This document shows, piece after piece, positions 58,183 to 64,000 of a DNA stretch of 64,000 nt. Origin of the DNA: Mustelus asterias (taxonomy: Eukaryota); assembly GCF_964213995.1 (NCBI RefSeq), contig NC_135802.1, forward strand, positions 70,990,001 to 71,054,000, read 5' to 3'. A program made the translations under genes and the position numbers. The notes under the pieces were generated by a model. That model had not been told where the DNA came from and did no database searches. It worked only from the letters and a program-made list of their open reading frames with translations. Position 1 is the first letter of the stretch, and each line of letters begins with the position of its first letter.

Positions 58183-60565
58183 GATCTGTGAGAGAAACCT
58201 GTTATCCAGATCTTGGCATGGCTCATAAAAACCATGTTAAACTGTAAATCACTACCCAAATTTATTGACTTGTTTTAATGGAGAATTTAATAAATTTGTC
58301 CTGACTCTCAGTATAATTGATTCACAACAAAACTTTGCTGCCAAGTCTGCTCTTGTCTTAAAGTTGTACAAACTCCCCCAAAAAGAACTAAAGGATTTTG
58401 AATGAAGAGTCCACAGTGTGCTCAGAAATGAAGCCAATTTTCTTTCATTCATTATCTTCTTGAAATCTGGAGCCTGATTAAAAAGGGCAAATAAATAATT
58501 CAATACAGTGCAAATTTGCATGAATAGAATCTTCAATAAATGTGAGCAATTTAAGGAAATAGTCATCATTTAAACTTTCAATTACATTTGATGAAAATAG
58601 AATTGCTAATCAATAACTAAATAAAACCTTTAGATTGTAAAAATAGTCCTTTCAGAATATATTTGTATGCCTATGTCCCAGTTGTGTTCTGGCTTGCCAT
58701 GACTTATTTTTTTCTTATTCCAGGTACCTGGAGATGAGCTACAAAGACCATTATGTATGTGTTACACCGCAGGCTGCAGAATCCAACTATATGGAGGCAT
58801 ATAAACAGTGTGATGTCAAGATTCTTATCGAACAAAAGCAAGACACATAGATGAAAGGTGGGATCCCTTTTCTTCCTGTCTCAGTCAACACCACAGTCTC
58901 ACAGTTTAAAATCCTTAATCAGCTCATTTCTGAGAATATAACATCGGTGTGAGAAGATTATCAAAAGGAAATACCGTATCAGAGAGTTCAATCAGTATTG
59001 GAACAATGGAATAAAAGACAGCAGCAGACAATTTCAGCTGAGACATTTTTGCAGACAGATTTGTCTCGCAGTTGAACCACTGCGATCCTCAGGCGAGTAG
59101 ACCTGCTTGTCGGCCAGTTCTACACTGCAGGAGAGTTATTGATACAGATTGTTCAACGGAATTCTAATCTTCTAATGTGGAACTAATTAAAATTCTGTTA
59201 GATGGAAGTGCAATTATTCTTGTCAGCAGAGGTTCAGATGTATGACACAGCTGCTGCAGCAATTAAAGAAAGAAGTCACAGAAATGAAAATTAACCACAT
59301 GGTCCATCAGTTGGTATCTTTTCAAATGTGCATCAGACCTGTCACCTGTTATTTTTCCAGTATATTAACATTTATTGATGTTATTGCATATAGACTTTGG
59401 AGCATATTGATTATGAATCCAATTGCTATTGTAATTGCATCCTGGTTAAATATGAATCAGAATAAAGCTGCCATATGTTTGTGAGTTTTCTGATGTCATT
59501 CAGAAGGCAGGCACTTTAGGCTAATGCTGTTGCCTTAGGTTTAATAGAGGACATTAGCTATGTGACAAATATCATTAGTGCCTGGCCTTTATATCATATT
59601 AGTTGGGCTATTGTATTAATTGAGGCCTCATAAATGAAGGGTATTGTGTACCAATTTTTTTGAGATATATACATTTTCATCTGCATTGGTTTAGTTGAGA
59701 TTCCTAAATCGCAAAGAATATTTTGCTGAATGCTTGCTTTAGCTAAATATTGAACAATTTTAGCAGGGGAATCAGATAGAAAATTAAAGTTTAGCATTGT
59801 TACTGTTAAACACATAATTATTTCATTTTCATCATTGGGCAGGCTATATTTGTAAAATATTTACTGATCATCCTGTCATCAAAATGTCTGAAGCGTAGTT
59901 AGAAGGTCAACCAAAATCTTAGCAGGTCTGTCAATATCGCCGTACTCAGCAGGAATTTCTCATGTGGAATTGGATATTTATATCAGAATTCACCAGTAAT
60001 TTCTGGTACTTCCTTATATGGGCAGCAAGGGACAGCAGGAGAAGATAACTATGAATCCTAGAAAGTATGATAGCACTGTGTTTATGGTACTGGACCACCA
60101 GCCCATGAGTCGACAGTTTAAGTGGCACCATCAATCCAATAAACTTAAGGGTATGAAAGAAAGTTCATTTGGTTCACTATCATCCTTCAGGAGAAACAAC
60201 CTGAGACCCTGATTTGGACTAACCTACATGTGACTGTAGTTCCATTATATGTGGTTGACTCATAGTGCTTTCTGAAGTAGCCGAGCAAGCAAATCAGTTA
60301 TAAACAATCGTTGTAGAAATACAAACATCAATTCGGGTATTAAATTAGGACAAGACTCAGCATTCTCAGCCTAATCAGTCTTGAAGAATTCTTACCAACA
60401 TTAGCGAACTGGTGTCCAAAGTATGAGAGAGCTGGTCCACAGATGCAACAGCCTGATACGTGCCCATTCTCAGACTCATTTCTATCAGTCAACACCCCAG
60501 ACTTCTCTATCACCATCCAAGGTGGGATCTCAGCATTGACTGCAGAACTCAAGGAGAAAAAAACC

Positions 60566-60935
60566 CATAAGATATAGGAGCAGAATTAGGCCATTTGGCC
60601 TATGGAGTCTGCTCCACCATTCAATCATGGCTAATATGTTTCTCAACCCCATTCTCCCACCTTTTCCCTGTAACCTTTGATCTCCTTACCGACCAAGAAC
60701 CTATCTGTCTGTCTTAAATACACACAGTGACTTGACCTCTACAGCCTTCTGTGGCAATGAAGTCCATAGATTCATCACCCTCTGGCTGAAGACATTTTAC
60801 CTCATCTTGGTTCTAAAGGGTCGTCCCTTTACTCTGAGTCTGTGCCCTTGGATTCTAGTCTCTCCTATTAATGGAAACATCTTCTCCATGTCTATTCTAT
60901 TCAGGTCTTTCATTATTCTGCAAGTTTTAATGAGA
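60566..60935 (-). mobile_element. CR1 3' fragment
   Basis: IKTCRIMKDLNRIDMEKMFPLIGETRIQGHRLRVKGRPFRT. Confidence 0.88.
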
Positions 60936-61312
60936 TAAGGAGACAATGAGAAAAGGATTGGATATGGTCTGACAACAGACATGGGGATGACGATGCACAG
61001 TTCACCTGTTTTGTGATGTAGGTAGCATGCAAACTTCTTGCTTCTTGCTAATATAAATGATAGTAGATGCAGCCTAGATAAATACACTGCTGAGTGTGCG
61101 TTAGCACCAGACCCAAGTTCATATGAAGCTAACACCACTTAAAACTGACCTACATTACTTAAAGGGGTGTTGTGATGAAAGGTTACATACTTGAAAAGTC
61201 TAACCTGCTCAGTGCTTTCAGAATTTTATTGTTTAAAGGGGAGGTACATTCTGTCTGCGGGAGGTCTTGGAAATGTTTGTGGAAGAGACTCTGAGCAGGC
61301 AGAGCAGTACCA

Positions 61313-61390
61313 ATGGTGCCACACGGCAGAGAGCATGCAGCAGGGTTTTCTGAAGTAACCATGCAGGCCTTATTGCAAGAGGTGTCACTC
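61313..61390 (+). pseudogene. Possible N-terminus of a Harbinger Myb/SANT-like protein
   Basis: MVPHGREHAAGFSEVTMQALLQEV resembles the R...FS...L..LL.EV start of Harbinger Myb/SANT proteins; short match only. Confidence 0.35.
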
Positions 61391-63659
61391 GATTTCCCAC
61401 TCACAGCCATCAACTCCAATATTAGCACTGCACGTACCTTAGCATTAAGGCTGAATGTGCATGTGGTGAGTGACCAGACACTAATGGCCTGCAGCCAGGG
61501 CAGGGGAAAGGATAGAACAGGTACCAGTTCCCTAGAGAGCAAAGTACCACATGAGTTCTATTATAGAGAACTAAAATGAGGTGGGATACAGACATGTACA
61601 CAGATGTATTTCTTCACTGACTGACCTGCCAACTGTTTTCATTGTCAAGGAACATGGAGGATAACACAGGATTATGTTAGGTTTGCTTTTTTTAGCAGGT
61701 TTGCAAGCCTATGGTGCAACTTAAAGTGATGGGTGTAGTCACGACTGCAGCTGCTGATGCTGAACAAGCCAGATTCCAGACTGAAATCTTTTTTGTCTGA
61801 CCACAATCTTTTTCTTTATATCATAGAAATGAGAAGGGAAAGCTACTGAACCCAAAAGCAGAGGACTCCAATAACTGTTCAAATTTGGAGAATTAAATTG
61901 TTTATTAAAAGAGAACAAAAGATAAAACTTAAACACACAAGATAAAATATAAAGGGCAGAATTTTCCCAGATATCAGCAAAGGTGGATGGTGGGCAAATT
62001 TTAAATTTTTCTGTTTGATTGTACTTTAAAATCTGCCATAGGATCTTATTATTAGACTCTACAGACAATCTGACTCCAACAGTCTCTCCTTCGATTAACC
62101 CTGGGCACACTCAGACACAGCTTTACACTTAGCTACACAGAATATATATATAAATACAAAAAATAAAAGTATGCACTTTTCATACTGCGTATTTGTACTC
62201 AAGATCCCTTGAAAGAAGTGAATTTTGTAGTTGAGATGGGGGAAAAACTAGGTCTAGGACTAGTACTTCTGGGAGACGGATTTTGGAAAATGTTTGTCCC
62301 ACGTGTTTCCTGGGAATAAGCCGCTGAAGAGTTTTGGGAAAGTAAATCTTGTTTTGCAGAAAAGAAGCTGGGATCCCTGTGAAAGTTCAGTCTACTTTGT
62401 AAATAGGTGGACAGTTGGTTCAGACAACCTACAGTTTGCAGTGCTAAATACTATGTTCCACCTGTCGGAAAACTATTCTACCCCAGGTGGTAGCACTGAT
62501 GCTTTGTGAAGCATGAACCTGCTCTCCTTTCTCAGGATAACCACATTTATCCTCCCACCACTAATACTCATCCAGTTCCCTTGCTATTGCCTAACAGCCA
62601 GCCAGCCCACACTGCTGTCTCCCCCCTCCCCCCCATTGAGATGGTGCAATCCACAGCTGCATGAGGCATCCCACAAGGCCATCTTCAGGCTCTTCTGCTA
62701 CAGGTCAGTAACCTGCCACCAGCCACCTGTAACCTGTTACAACCACTGCACAGGAAACTAAGTTAGATAAAGGCATCTGCAGGATGGGCACAGAGGGGTG
62801 CACAGCTGATTATTTGACTTCTGCATTGGATATTTCATAGATTGTTTGATAAAGTTGGTTTAGAATGGTTTCTTTGTGGTGGTGTTGTGGCCAAGAGGAT
62901 GCTGTGATGGGTGGTAACAGAGAGAAACTAAAGTGCATAGAATTGAACATCAAGCTCCAAGACACTGCTGCTAGTAACCCATGAGAAAATTCATAGCACC
63001 ATTAAAATAGTACTAAGGATGGGAGAAAGGCTGTTTAACTGAGAGTCACAATTATTCTAATCATGTGTCATTGAGTCTTGTTCACTTTCCATTGGTGTTA
63101 GGGAGGCAGTGCATCTGGAGCATAGAGTAATGATGGGAGTATGAGGGTGATTTGCGGTGAGGAGTCATGTGATGAAACTTTGAGGAATGTGCACAACATA
63201 TGCATCTTCCTAATGACAGCACAGCGCTGTGATATTGTGATCAAACTTTGTTTCTAGTTTTTCTCATAAAGCTTCAGTATTTGGTATCTATCTTTTTGGT
63301 GACATTTGGTATTGACCTCTTCAATTCCCCACTTGCCTCCTGTGTTTTTTCTTTTACTATTGATTGTGGCTCCTTTCTGTTTTTGTATCTTTATTCCACC
63401 AGCTGACTTTTTCCAGGACCTTTACAGCTCGATATATATCTACTTTTTGCAACTGTGTGGCATTGATTTTCCCATTATCTGAAGACCCTCTTTAAAGTAC
63501 TGGATAGTATGAAGCCTCTGTTAGTCGTACGCTTAGTTCCTTTGAATCAACTTCTCATGTCAGTCTCACAGCATTGAATTATTGCAGCTTGTAACAAGCT
63601 GCCTTGGCTTTTCTTATTGGCAAGTATTTTTTCCCCCAAGTCCCTTGTATAAAGAGGTT

Positions 63660-63975
63660 ATAAAGGGACAAAGGGATAGGTCAAGTGCAAAGATCTGGCA
63701 AATGGAGTATAACGTGGGAAAATGTGAAATTGTTCCTTTTGCAGGAAGCATAAAAAAGAAGTTTATCTAAAAGGTGAGAAATTGCAGAGCTCTGAGATTC
63801 AATGGGATCTGGCTGTCCTTGTGCATGAAACACAAAAGGCTGGTATACAGATACAACAAATAATTAGGAAAGATATTAGAATATAGGGGTTTATTGTGAG
63901 AGGAATTGACTAGCAAAGGAGAGAGGTTATGCTTCAGTTGTACAGGGCATTGATAAGATCAGATCTGGAGTATGT
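63660..63975 (+). mobile_element. Decayed CR1 RT C-terminal fragment
   Basis: AKIWQMEYNVGKCEIVPF...LQLYRALIRSDLEY. Confidence 0.85.
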
Positions 63976-64000
63976 ATAGACTCTACACTGTAGAGTATTG

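Overview
This is eukaryotic, repeat-dominated DNA, most likely from a shark or other cartilaginous fish (HE1-like V-SINEs, many CR1 LINE subfamilies, Rex1/Babar LINE ends, a Deu-type SINE). I found no convincing host protein-coding exon, so the window looks intergenic or intronic. Main contents: a near-complete Mag-like Ty3/Gypsy element (18190-22673, minus strand, 245-bp LTRs, GATGA target duplication); about 20 CR1 fragments, one with an intact ORF2 piece of about 800 codons; a hAT MITE; Harbinger-like MITEs; solo LTRs; and nine insertions from two Penelope-like element (PLE) families carrying minimal hammerhead ribozymes. Two signals stand out. (1) Six of the nine PLE insertions are fold-back palindromes with both 3' ends pointing outward and a 3' tail on one arm only; five have clean 9-13-bp target duplications. 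They range from about 65 to 826 bp and occur in both families. (2) The Gypsy element has no tRNA primer-binding site. Instead, its leader is a perfect 15-nt complement of the LTR segment holding its own poly(A) signal, which suggests self-priming, and its RT has YLDN instead of YxDD. Family names come from recognised motifs, not database searches.
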